A stretch of DNA of 64,000 bases, from the NCBI GenBank assembly GCA_963767925.1, contig CAVYGB010000002.1, forward strand, positions 1,120,001-1,184,000. Reading direction: 5' to 3'. The stretch's first letter is position 1. Every line of letters begins with the position of its first letter. This stretch comes from an uncultured delta proteobacterium. Lineage in GTDB: Bacteria; Myxococcota_A; Polyangia; Fen-1088. A program made the translations under genes and the position numbers. Below the pieces are notes generated by a model. The model saw only the letters and a list, made by a program, of their open reading frames with translations, had not been told where the DNA came from and ran no database searches. Positions 1 to 9,545 of the stretch are shown one piece after another.

Positions 1-209
1 GAGGCGTGGCGCCCCAGCAGCTCGACGGCGGTCAGGATGGGCGCCAGGGGGTTGCGCAGCTCGTGCCCGAGCATGGCCAGGAACTCGTCCTTGCGGCGCG
101 CGGCCTCGAGCACGTTCGCCGCTTCCAGGGTCGCGCCGACCAGGTTCGCGGCGCTGCGGACCAGGACCCTGTCGGTCTCGGGGTCGAGCGGGGAGCGGCG
201 GCCCAACAT
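1..209 (-). CDS. sensor histidine kinase, 5' part (HisKA); runs off window edge
   Basis: Minus strand from ATG 209 reads ...[31 protein letters not shown], a classic H-box; start uncertain. Confidence 0.8.
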   Translation of the reverse strand, partial: MLGRRSPLDPETDRVLVRSAANLVGATLEAANVLEAARRKDEFLAMLGHELRNPLAPILTAVELLGRHA

Positions 210-284
210 TCCCGAGCGCCGCCGTCGGATGTTCTGTCCGACCGAGGTCGTCGAATGGCGGCGCGGGCTGGCTGCCCGCCGGGG

Positions 285-1448
285 TCACGGCTCCTGCAGC
301 AGCGGGTGGAGCGTGACCTCGAAGATGGCCGGCCATCGCTTGCCGGTGAGGAGCCAGGTCCCCCGCTCCGGTACGTGGGCGATCCCGTTCAGGTCGGCTG
401 CCCGCGATCGGTCGGCGCCGGCGCCGGCCTGGTCGAGCAGGAGGCCGGTGTCGATCCAGCCCGTCACCGTCCCGGAGGCTAGATCGATGCGCGCGATGTG
501 GCGCTGCTGGTGGACGTTGGCGTAGACGTCGCCGCCGAGGCATTCGAGCTCGTTGAGCAGGGGCAAGGGGAGGCCCCGCTTGCGCACTGGAACCCGCCTC
601 ACCACCTCGAAGGTCACCGGGTCGCGCACCTGCAGGACGTCGGTCCCGTCGCTCATCACGAGGTGGGTGCCGTCGTGGCACAGGCCCCAGCCGGGCCCGT
701 CGTAGGTCAGCTCACCCAGGCGAGCCAGCGCGCTCTTGCTCCAGACGAACGCCCGACCCCCCTGGTACGAGAGCTGGATCAACCGATCGCCGACGACCGC
801 GAGGCCCTCGCCGAACACCCCGGCCGGCAGGCTGACGGTAGCGTCCACCCGGCCGGTCTCGAGCTCCACCCGCCGCAGCGACGACTGGCCCAGCAGGCCC
901 GTGCTCTCGAAAATCCAGCCGCCACTGTCGTAGACCAGCCCCTCCGTGAAGGCGTCGATCGCGTGGGGGTAGACGCGCCTCACCTCCACCCGGAGCTCCT
1001 GATAGGGCAGGCTCACCCCCGGCTCGGTGCGCGGTGGCAGCGTGTTCACGGCGCTGTAGTTGCCGCAGCGGTTGCCCGGCCACCCGGGGTTCTGCCGACA
1101 GGTGGAGGAGGGAAGGTTGCTGGCCTCCCGGCACTCCCGGTCGGACCGGCAGGACCGGCAGCGCCCGTCCACGCAGAAGTAGGCCCCGCAGGAATGCTCC
1201 CGGCCCATCACCAGCCCCGCCGGCGTCACCGGCGCCGGCTTGCAAGCCGTCCCGAAGCGGGTGGTGACGTCCACACCTCCACAGACGCCCGAGCTGTCGC
1301 AGAACCCTTCGGGACAGTCCACGTCCTCGGCGCACCGTCGCTCCCCGCTCGCTGGCGCGCCCGCCCGCGCCCGGTCGTCTCCGCAGGCCGTGGCCCCCAG
1401 GACCACGCCCCCCAGGACCACGCCCGCGTACCACCAGCGATGTTTCAT
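285..1448 (-). CDS. glutaminyl-peptide cyclotransferase (type I) lipoprotein with Cys-rich N-terminal region
   Basis: Motifs FTEGL, FGEGL, GWGL, LNELE, LNGIA, TGKRWP; signal peptide ending GATAC. Confidence 0.85.
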   Translation of the reverse strand: MKHRWWYAGVVLGGVVLGATACGDDRARAGAPASGERRCAEDVDCPEGFCDSSGVCGGVDVTTRFGTACKPAPVTPAGLVMGREHSCGAYFCVDGRCRSCRSDRECREASNLPSSTCRQNPGWPGNRCGNYSAVNTLPPRTEPGVSLPYQELRVEVRRVYPHAIDAFTEGLVYDSGGWIFESTGLLGQSSLRRVELETGRVDATVSLPAGVFGEGLAVVGDRLIQLSYQGGRAFVWSKSALARLGELTYDGPGWGLCHDGTHLVMSDGTDVLQVRDPVTFEVVRRVPVRKRGLPLPLLNELECLGGDVYANVHQQRHIARIDLASGTVTGWIDTGLLLDQAGAGADRSRAADLNGIAHVPERGTWLLTGKRWPAIFEVTLHPLLQEP

Positions 1449-1582
1449 GCCCAGCCCGTGCTGGCCGGCCCCGAATCGCCCCCGAGGTACCGGTCGGCCA
1501 CCGCCGCCATCTTAAACCGCCGGACGGTTGGTTTCACGCCGGGAGGCGAAGATCGGCGGGCCTCTCGGATGCCCGCCCTCAA

Positions 1583-2959
1583 TCAATCACAACCCGGGGC
1601 ATCTCCCCCAGGTCCCCCGTAGGTGAACCACACATCGAACCCCGGCGTTATCGATGTGTTGACGCCCGACACGGAATAGCAGGCCGGGTCGATGTCCCCG
1701 AGGGCGCCGGCTTCAGTCGAGAACCAGACGTTCCCGGCCATCCGCTCGACGATCATCTGACGCAAGTAGGCCGGCTCCGGGGTGTTCGGGTCGGCGTCGG
1801 CCGCCGTGCCGGGGATGCCGTTCCCCATGTTGGCGGGCGTCCAGGAAGGCGTTACCTCGGTGTCGTCGAACACCTCGCCGTACCAGAGCGCCTCGCACGC
1901 GGAAGAATCGATCAGGTCGAAGGGGATCTCGGCGTCTCCCTCGCCAGTCGGAAAGTAGCCGAGCGTGGTGGTGGTGGTGCCCACCGTGTCCTGGATCCAC
2001 CACACGCCGCCGGAGAGGACCGTGCGGATCTGGCGCTCGCTTCCGCCGGCCCCCACCGGCAGGACGCTGCCCGGCGGGAAGCCGCCGGCCGAGGGGACGA
2101 AGCCCTGGATGCGGCGATCGTAGCCACGGGTCAGGTCCTGCTCGGGTCCGTCGTAGCCCGCCGTCGTGAAATAGACGAAAAAGTGAACATTGAAGTCGCC
2201 GTACAGTACCGGGTTCTTCGTCATGCCGACCTCGATCGACTCCAGCGTCGTGCCGGGGTCTGCGCCCCGGCAGATGGCCGCGAGTTGGGCGAGCGAGAAG
2301 TTGTCCGACTCGACCCCCTCGAAATCGAAGAAGCTCGCGAAGCCGCTGGTCCCCTGGTTGCTGACCTCATGCGTCCGGCCGGCGTAGAGCCGCCTGCGCC
2401 CCTCCGGCTGAGGAAACGGAATCGATCGCAAGAACGCGTCCAGGCTCGTCGCCTGGCTCCTGCCTTCAACGTAAAATGCGAAACTGGGGCGAACGATCGG
2501 GACCGTGCCTTCGGGCCCCCGATACTTCGGATCGGACCACAACGCTGCAAGGTCGACACCCGGGGCTACCGCCCTGGGCGGTGGAAGCCCAACGCCGTCC
2601 GCTGCCGCCGGTCGCGCTGAGGCTGGGCGCGCTGGCGGGGACGGTGGCATCCTGGTTTCGAAGCGAGGATCGAGATCGTGCGGGTCTACCCAGTCGACCA
2701 TCTCACCAAAGGGCCCCTCCTTTGTCACCACCGGCCGGACCTTTGCGAAGTAGGTGCGATTCAGGTGGTCACGCACCTCTGCCTCCCGTTCTGCCCGTCG
2801 GGCCGCGGCCCTCGGATCCGGGAGGGTACCAGCCGGCGCCTGTACCTTGAAGGTCGCCGCTACCCGCGCGCCCGTCTCTTCGTCACACCCCATGCTTGCG
2901 CAGACGAGCCCCGCGCAGACCGACCCGATCATGTCTCTGCCGCAAAAACGCATGCGCAT
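1583..2959 (-). CDS. neprosin-like (DUF239) glutamic peptidase, probable lipoprotein
   Basis: ESIEVG..NPVLYGD..VHFFVYFT..GY, GYFP, WYGEV, MGNG and terminal FTYGGPGG resemble neprosin; pro-domain-like N-terminus; ASMGC lipobox. Confidence 0.7.
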   Translation of the reverse strand: MRMRFCGRDMIGSVCAGLVCASMGCDEETGARVAATFKVQAPAGTLPDPRAAARRAEREAEVRDHLNRTYFAKVRPVVTKEGPFGEMVDWVDPHDLDPRFETRMPPSPPARPASARPAAADGVGLPPPRAVAPGVDLAALWSDPKYRGPEGTVPIVRPSFAFYVEGRSQATSLDAFLRSIPFPQPEGRRRLYAGRTHEVSNQGTSGFASFFDFEGVESDNFSLAQLAAICRGADPGTTLESIEVGMTKNPVLYGDFNVHFFVYFTTAGYDGPEQDLTRGYDRRIQGFVPSAGGFPPGSVLPVGAGGSERQIRTVLSGGVWWIQDTVGTTTTTLGYFPTGEGDAEIPFDLIDSSACEALWYGEVFDDTEVTPSWTPANMGNGIPGTAADADPNTPEPAYLRQMIVERMAGNVWFSTEAGALGDIDPACYSVSGVNTSITPGFDVWFTYGGPGGDAPGCD

Positions 2960-3285
2960 CTCCCTTCCTCGCGCCACCCGGGCCGCCAGCGAGTTGCACA
3001 CTCCCGAGCGGATGGCGCCGCCAAGCCTCGAGCCGCATCTGGCTGCCGAGTGGAAGTGGCCTTGACCCCTCCAGATAGGGTCAAAAATTCTTGTATCACA
3101 GCGACATGGAGACCTCCCCCGACTCTGCGGTGTCTCCTCAGCCAGTCTCCACCGACGGCCCGATCGTCGGGATCTCGGGGATCGACCTCCGTCGGTGCCG
3201 GCCAGCTCGAGGTGCGCGCGAGAGGCCCACGACCGCGTCAGCTACCCTCACCCACCATCCGGTGGCAGGATCGCACGACGATGGT

Positions 3286-4108
3286 TCACCGGCCCTCCCT
3301 GGCGAGCACCAGGCGAAGCCGATGCAGCCGTCGTGGGCGTCTTGCGCGATCCCGTAGCGGAACCAGACCGTGCAGTGGATGTCCCAGTTGTGGTGGCAGC
3401 CGCCGCGGAGCCGGCGGTCGGTGCCGGGGCCGAGCCAGGGCGTGCCGTCGAGCGGTACCCCGGCGAGGTCGTCGGTGCACGAGTCCTGGCACCACTCCCA
3501 GACGTTCCCGGACATGTCATGGAGACCGAGCTGATTCGGCGCCTTCGTCGCGACCGCGTGGGTGCGGGGGGGTTTGCGGCGGGGGAAACGTCCCAGGAGG
3601 CGCCAGCCGATCCGCCAGCCGAGCACCCGCAGACGAGGCGGCGGGCGCGGGAGAACCGGGGGCCATACCAGGCGACGTCGTCGGCGGCGTCGCTGCCGCT
3701 GAAGGCAAAGCCATCCCTCCAGGCCGGGCCGCCGCGCGCCGCGTACTCCCACTCCGTCTCGGACGGGAGGCGAAACCGCAGGTTGCGATCCGGGCCGGCG
3801 ACGGCGCCGAGGACGTCGCTCGCATTGATCCGGTCGAGGAAGCCGCCCGGGCCCGTGATGTCGTTCCAGGAGACGTTTTCGACCGGAGCGCGAGCTTCCT
3901 GGCGCTCGGATGGATTCACCCCCATCCCGTGTCTCCAGAGCGCCTGCGTGACCGGCGTGGTCATCATGTGGAAGTCGCGAATCTCGACGGGGCGCCGCCT
4001 GGGCTCCGCGCCGAACAGGTACGGCCTGCCCGCCGTCCCCGCGACCGGCACGAAATGCACCTCGTGTTCCTCTTCGCCGACCCACCAGCGATAGCGCAGC
4101 CCGCTCAT
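3286..4108 (-). CDS. FGE/SUMF1-domain protein with two apparent frameshifts (~3630, ~3315)
   Basis: FRLPSETEWEYAARGG, PNQLGLHDMSGNVWEWCQD and IGF-RLVLA lie in three successive frames. Confidence 0.75.
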
Positions 4109-4205
4109 GCTGGGACCCATCCGTCAGAGAACCGGCGGGAGCGGGCCCGGCGGGGAGAGCGCGGCCCGCTCGCGCCACCGGAGCTCGACGTCACCACGCC
4201 GCCCG

Positions 4206-4850
4206 TCATCTTGCGCTCGACCGCCGCGGGCCGTCCCGGGTGGCCGCGATCGCGGCGGCTGCCGCGAGCTTGTGTCTGGCTTGCCAGGGAGGCCCGATCG
4301 AACGACCCATCTCGGACAGGAAGGCGTTGATGTCCTTTCGCCCGAGCGCCGCTGCCGCCTCCTGGAACACCCGCTCCCGGTCGTACCAGACCACCACCCA
4401 GCCGCGCGCCGCGGCCGCCGCCGCGAGGGCCTGGCGGTACATGACCGTGTCGGCGAAGGTCTGCGCACGGTTGTCGGTGATCCGCTCTTCGACCGTCGGC
4501 GGCAGCTCCGGGCAAACACGGAGCGCGATGCGCGCGATCGGCACCGCCACCGCCGCGGCCAGCGCCGCCAGGCTCTCCCGCGCGCCCCGCGCCGCCGCCA
4601 CCCGCACCCGCTCGACCAGCGCCACCGCCTCGGCGAGCGAGAGCACGCGCGCTCCCGGCGTGTTCAGATAACGCCCCACCGCCCACGACCCCTCGTGATG
4701 ATGTGGATGCGTCGGCATCCCCCGCTCGGTGAGATCGACACGCCGACGATCGAGCACCTCGCCCCCGACATCAACCGTGACGAGCTCCGCCGAGTTCCCA
4801 TTCTCGGCAACACCGACCGCCGCCGCTGCCTGCGTTCGCGCTCTCGCCAC
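4206..4850 (-). CDS. hypothetical protein
   Basis: 214-aa ORF with genome-typical codon bias; contains HPHHHEG. Confidence 0.6.
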   Translation of the reverse strand: MARARTQAAAAVGVAENGNSAELVTVDVGGEVLDRRRVDLTERGMPTHPHHHEGSWAVGRYLNTPGARVLSLAEAVALVERVRVAAARGARESLAALAAAVAVPIARIALRVCPELPPTVEERITDNRAQTFADTVMYRQALAAAAAARGWVVVWYDRERVFQEAAAALGRKDINAFLSEMGRSIGPPWQARHKLAAAAAIAATRDGPRRSSAR

Positions 4851-4973
4851 CCGTTTCCTCTCGTGGCAACGGTACTGCCGTTACCTGGCAGAAGGAAGAG
4901 GGGGAAAACCGCGCGAACGTCGTCTGGCTGGCCCGGAAGGAGAAGCTCACGCTATCGATGTCGAGAGGGTACG

Positions 4974-6098
4974 TCATGCGGGATCGAAGGGATCCTTCTT
5001 GCCGCCGATGTTCCTCGTGAGCGGCCTGGGGATGTCTTCCTTCCAGGAGCCGAGACGTTCCGGGTCGGCGGCCTTCATCGTGTGGGCGCGGACGTAGGCG
5101 CCGACCTCGTCGATGCCGCGCTGGCCTTCGGGGGTGGTGGCGCGCAGCAGGTGCCAGGCGTGGACCATGTCGTCGTACACCGAGAACTGGAGGTCCACGC
5201 CGGCGGCGGTGGCGCGCTCGGCGAAGGCGCGGATCTGGTCGAGCAACGTCTCGGCCGCGCCGGCCTGGACGAGGAGGGGGGGCAGGCCGGCGAGGTCGGC
5301 GAAGAGGGGGGAGATGGTCGGCTTGCGCGGGTCGACGCCGGCGAGGTAGGCGGCCGCGGCCAGGCGGCAGTGCACTTCACCGACGAAGTCGTAGCGGGCG
5401 TTGGTCTGGAAGCTCGCGCCGGAGCAGGCGAGGTCGACCCAGGGGCAGATGGCCACCGCGGCGGCCGGGAGGGGCTCGCCCCGGTCGCGCAAGGTCAGGA
5501 GGGTGTTGAGGACCAGGGTGCCGCCGGCGGACTCGCCGGCGACGACGATGCGGCTGGCCGGGATGCCCTCGCTCAGCAGGTAGCGGTAAGCGCTCAGAGC
5601 GTCCTCCAGGGCGGCCGGGGTCGGGTGCTCGGGGCCCAGGCGGTACTCGAGCGCGAAGGTGCGGGCCCGGGCGGCGCGGGCCAGGCCGCCGATCAGGTTG
5701 CCGTGCGTGCGCAGCGAGCCGAAGACGAAGCCGCCGCCGTGAAAGTACAGCAGCACGGGGCCGTCCGCGCCAGGCGGCTCCAGCCAGACGCCGTGGATCG
5801 GGACGGAGGCGCCCTCGTGGCGTACGAAGCGGGGCGTGAGGCCATCGGTCTGCAGCGGGCTCAGGTTCTCCGAGACGCTCCGCCAGCGCACGATCCCGAT
5901 CTTCGGCATGACCGACCAGACGCCCCGGGTGGCCGCCAGCATCACCTCGAAGCCGGAGCCCCACGCCGGCCGGCGCCGGCGGCCGATCAGCCGCCGCAGC
6001 GTCGCGAGCAACGCGTACAGCAGGCACGCGCCGAGCACGCGAGCCATGTCGAAGAAGCGGGCACGTGTCCTCTTCAGCGCGGGGTGCTGGGTGCTCAC
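4974..6098 (-). CDS. alpha/beta hydrolase (HSL-family esterase)
   Basis: HGGGF oxyanion motif, GESAGG nucleophile, C-terminal VHAWH. Confidence 0.9.
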   Translation of the reverse strand: MSTQHPALKRTRARFFDMARVLGACLLYALLATLRRLIGRRRRPAWGSGFEVMLAATRGVWSVMPKIGIVRWRSVSENLSPLQTDGLTPRFVRHEGASVPIHGVWLEPPGADGPVLLYFHGGGFVFGSLRTHGNLIGGLARAARARTFALEYRLGPEHPTPAALEDALSAYRYLLSEGIPASRIVVAGESAGGTLVLNTLLTLRDRGEPLPAAAVAICPWVDLACSGASFQTNARYDFVGEVHCRLAAAAYLAGVDPRKPTISPLFADLAGLPPLLVQAGAAETLLDQIRAFAERATAAGVDLQFSVYDDMVHAWHLLRATTPEGQRGIDEVGAYVRAHTMKAADPERLGSWKEDIPRPLTRNIGGKKDPFDPA

Positions 6099-6226
6099 GG
6101 CAGCGAGCCTAGCCGATCTGCCCTATCCGGCCGTCACCCACAACGTGATGCTCGGGCCCGGACACGACCCTCGCTGTGCGCGACCGCTCGCTGCGAGAGC
6201 ACGATGGGTGACCGGCGAACCCCGAA

Positions 6227-6407
6227 GACCCCTCACCCCTCCCTCTCCCCGCTGCCGCGGGGCGCGGGCGAACAAGCTAGGAGATGCAACGATCATCTAC
6301 GGTCCGGGCGGGATTTGTCCGAAACTTCCGCTACGGTCCGGGCGGGATTCGTCCGAAACTTCCGCGCCAGGTTGCCCGTTCGCCCTCGCCCCGCGAAGCG
6401 GGGAGAG
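6227..6407. repeat. REP/MITE-like element, copy 1, with internal 34-bp tandem duplication
   Basis: Left end matches 59415-59461 with one mismatch; right end 6371-6407 is partial; units at 6297-6330 and 6331-6364. Confidence 0.75.
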
Positions 6408-6681
6408 TCTTCGTGACGCCGGAGACGGCCTCACCCCCACTGACGGAAATGGTGAGATCAGTGATCTCGAGCGGTTACGCCATTTCCATAGCAGGGAGGG
6501 GCTCCGGCGGCGATCGGTGGTGGCGGGAAATGCACGGATTCCTCGCGCGCCCGACCTGACCGAACAGGCGCGCAGGTGGGGCGGCCGGGGCCCGCGCCGG
6601 AACGTGTGTGACCTGCTCCACCCCCACCGACCCTGCCCCGAACCGCCCCCGTGCACAAGGGGGCCGCCGCCCCCTGGGCGG

Positions 6682-7293
6682 TCAGTTGCAGCGGTAGACG
6701 GTGAAGGTGCCGTTGAGCGTGTTGCTGGCGTCGGCCTGCACGACCATCGACCCGGTCAGCTCGAGGGCGGTGGGCCAGGGGCCGATCGTCACCTTGGCCC
6801 GGTCGGTGCCGAGGGTGTTCAGGCTGCCGTCGGTCTTCAGCGAGGCCAGGGTGACGCTGTTGAAGCCGGAGATGCTCTGGCCGCCCCCCCAGGTGAAGCT
6901 GCCGCCGGTGCGCGGGACCCGGAAGATCACCCGCAGCTCGAGGTCGGGGTTGGAGCCCGCCGGGGGCTGGTTCCAGCAGGGGCCGTTCAGCTCGGGGGAG
7001 AACGCCAGCAGCTCAACGTCCATGGCGCTGGCGTCGCCGGCCACCGCCTTGACGAACCCGGTGACGAACTCGAAGGTCTTGCCCGCGATCTTGCCCTTGG
7101 CGTTTGTCGTCTGGTAGGCGGGCAGCTCGGTCGCCGAGCCATCGGCCCCCCCGCCGCCGCCCCCGGTGCCGCCGCTGCCCCCCGAGCCGCCGGCGCCGCC
7201 CTGCCCCCCCGGGCTGGTGCCGGCCGCGCAGCCGATCAGACAGGCCACCACGAACACCCACCGGCTCCGCTTCATCCGCATTCCCCCCGGCAC
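6682..7293 (-). CDS. hypothetical lipoprotein with Gly-rich linker
   Basis: Signal peptide ending LIGC followed by Gly/Ser linker. Confidence 0.7.
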   Translation of the reverse strand: MPGGMRMKRSRWVFVVACLIGCAAGTSPGGQGGAGGSGGSGGTGGGGGGADGSATELPAYQTTNAKGKIAGKTFEFVTGFVKAVAGDASAMDVELLAFSPELNGPCWNQPPAGSNPDLELRVIFRVPRTGGSFTWGGGQSISGFNSVTLASLKTDGSLNTLGTDRAKVTIGPWPTALELTGSMVVQADASNTLNGTFTVYRCN

Positions 7294-7365
7294 ATGGCTC
7301 CGTCTCCTGTTATCGGAGGCGCGCCTACCTTCTTGAGCTGACCCGCGGCGGCGGGCCAGCGGGCC

Positions 7366-8232
7366 TCACTCCAGGGGGCGAGCGGGCAGGGGCGCGCCGG
7401 GATCGGTGCGGAAGCGGTAGCCGACGAAGAAGGCGTACTCCTCGCAGTTGTGGCGGGCGTAATAGTCGATCACATCGCGCCAGCCGATGCTCTTGCTGTC
7501 GATGCCGTCGCGCACCTCGCGCCAGGAGAAGGTCTGCGGGCAGAGCGCCCCCCGCAGCGGCACGTGCCCGGACGCCGTGCGCGAGTCGTACAGCACCGCG
7601 CTGGCCGGCAGGCGCGAGGCGTACACCGCGGCCAGCGCCGGCAGCTCGATGATCTCCACCCGCGACACCTCTATCTCGGTGTTGTGGCGGTAAAGGCACT
7701 CGGTGCGGCGGAGGGTCTGCTTGGGCTCGATGACGATGGCGTTGTGGGGGATGTCCCCCTTGCTGGCGCACTTCTTCCGGTTGGGCACGTCGGTCTGGAT
7801 GCGGTAGGCGAGATAGCGCGCGGTCCTGTTCTCGATGCGCAGCACGAGGTGATCGAACTGGAAGGTCTGGCCGTCGAGGGAGGCCCGGTTCTTCTCGACG
7901 TCGAGCGACAGCCGCAGGTGGGGCGTCTCGATGGGCGTCTTGACGCCGAGCCGCTGCCGGTCGCGCACCTCCTCGACGTAGAGGAAGGGGGCCTGGAACT
8001 CCTCCAGGGTGGGGGGCGTGACCCCCAGCGTGCGCGCGTCCTGCTCGAGCTGGCCCCGGTACACCACCGGGGAGAAGCGCAGCTCCTGGTTCATCATCGA
8101 CTCGGGCGGCGGGGTGGAGCGCGGGCGCTCGGGCGTGGGGGGCGGTCCGCCGGCGTACAGGGCGGCCATGCCGATCCCGACCAGCACCACCGCGGCCATC
8201 ACGGCCACCCCGCCCATCGTCCTCCCCTCCAC
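7366..8232 (-). CDS. hypothetical membrane-anchored protein
   Basis: N-terminal TM segment, several Cys, typical codon bias; follows serS. Confidence 0.7.
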   Translation of the reverse strand: MEGRTMGGVAVMAAVVLVGIGMAALYAGGPPPTPERPRSTPPPESMMNQELRFSPVVYRGQLEQDARTLGVTPPTLEEFQAPFLYVEEVRDRQRLGVKTPIETPHLRLSLDVEKNRASLDGQTFQFDHLVLRIENRTARYLAYRIQTDVPNRKKCASKGDIPHNAIVIEPKQTLRRTECLYRHNTEIEVSRVEIIELPALAAVYASRLPASAVLYDSRTASGHVPLRGALCPQTFSWREVRDGIDSKSIGWRDVIDYYARHNCEEYAFFVGYRFRTDPGAPLPARPLE

Positions 8233-8258
8233 CCCCCGAACCCTTCTTTCTGACTAGG

Positions 8259-9527
8259 TCATCCCAGGACCGTCGCGCCCCCGAAATATGGACGCAGGGC
8301 CGCGGGGACGTCCAGCTTGCCGTCGGCGCGCTGGTAGGTCTCGAGCACCGCGATCAGGGTGCGGGGCAGGGCCAGGCCGGACCCGTTGAGCGTGTGGACG
8401 AAGCCCTTTTCCTTGGTGGCCGCGTCGCGAAAGCGGATCTTCGCCCGGCGCGCCTGGAAGTCGCCGAAGTTCGAGCACGAGCTGACCTCCAGCCACTCGG
8501 CGCAGCCAGGGGCCCAGACTTCGAGATCGAATTTCACCATCGCGGAAAAGGAGAGGTCGCCCGTGCACATCTCGACAACCCGGTAGGGCAGCTCGAGGTG
8601 CTTGATGACGTCTTCGGCATCTGACAGGAGCCCCTGAAGCTCGGCCATCGAGGTCTCGGGCCGCACGAACTTCACCAGCTCGACCTTGTCGAACTGGTGG
8701 CCGCGCTTGATGCCGCGCGTGTCGCGGCCGGCCGCCATCTGCTCGCGCCGGAAACAGGCCGAGTAGGCGACGTGTTTGATCGGCAAGGTGGCGCCGTCGA
8801 GGATCTCCTCGCGGTAAAGGTTGGTCACCGGCACCTCGGCGGTGGGGATGAACCAGAAGTCCTCGACCGCGTCCCGGTAGAGATTGTCTCCGAATTTCGG
8901 GAGGTTGCCGGTGCCGACCAGGGCCTCGCGCCGCACCATCACCGGCGGCAGGATCTCGGTGTAGCCGTGTTTTGTCGTGTGCAGGTCGAGCATGAAGGTG
9001 ATGAGCGCCCGCTGCAGCCGGGCCCCCCAGTCCTTCAACATGTAAAAGCGGGAGCCCGACACCTTGACCCCCCGGTCGAAGTCGATGACCCCCGCGCGCG
9101 GGCCGAAGTCCCAGTGCGGCAGCGGGGTGAAGTCGAAGGTGCGCTTCTGCCCTTCCTCGCGGGCCACCCGGTTCTCGCTGTCGTCCTTGCCGACCGGCAC
9201 CGAGGGGTGCGGCAGGTTGGGCAGGTCGAGCAGGCTCTCGTCCCGTTTGGCCTCCCCCTCGGTCAGGCGCACCCGCAGGCCCTCCAGCCGCTGCTTGAGG
9301 GCGGCGCCCTGGGCCTTGATCTGCTCGCGCGCCTCGGGCGTGGCCGCCCGGGCGATCTCCTTCGAGAGGCGGTTCTGCTCGGCGGCGATCCCCTCGGACT
9401 CGCCCTGCAGCTTGCGCACCTCCTCGTCGAGGCTGATGAGGGCGCTGAGGTCGATGTCGGCGCCGAGGCGGGCGAAGCCGGCCCGGACCTCGTCGGGTTT
9501 CTCTCGGATCAGGCGGATGTCGAGCAT
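8259..9527 (-). CDS. serS: serine--tRNA ligase
   Basis: MLDIRLIRE start, PTAEVP, FRRE, HQFDKVE, EVSSCSN, HTLNGSGLA. Confidence 0.98.
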   Translation of the reverse strand: MLDIRLIREKPDEVRAGFARLGADIDLSALISLDEEVRKLQGESEGIAAEQNRLSKEIARAATPEAREQIKAQGAALKQRLEGLRVRLTEGEAKRDESLLDLPNLPHPSVPVGKDDSENRVAREEGQKRTFDFTPLPHWDFGPRAGVIDFDRGVKVSGSRFYMLKDWGARLQRALITFMLDLHTTKHGYTEILPPVMVRREALVGTGNLPKFGDNLYRDAVEDFWFIPTAEVPVTNLYREEILDGATLPIKHVAYSACFRREQMAAGRDTRGIKRGHQFDKVELVKFVRPETSMAELQGLLSDAEDVIKHLELPYRVVEMCTGDLSFSAMVKFDLEVWAPGCAEWLEVSSCSNFGDFQARRAKIRFRDAATKEKGFVHTLNGSGLALPRTLIAVLETYQRADGKLDVPAALRPYFGGATVLG

Positions 9528-9545
9528 GTCGGGAAACTTGTCCGA

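Noticed and set aside
3062..3084. TTGACCC-N9-GGGTCAA palindrome upstream of the neprosin gene
   Set aside because: Single 7-bp stem; operator, terminator and chance cannot be distinguished
6297..6364. CRISPR-length 34-bp repeats
   Set aside because: Two directly adjacent copies with no spacer
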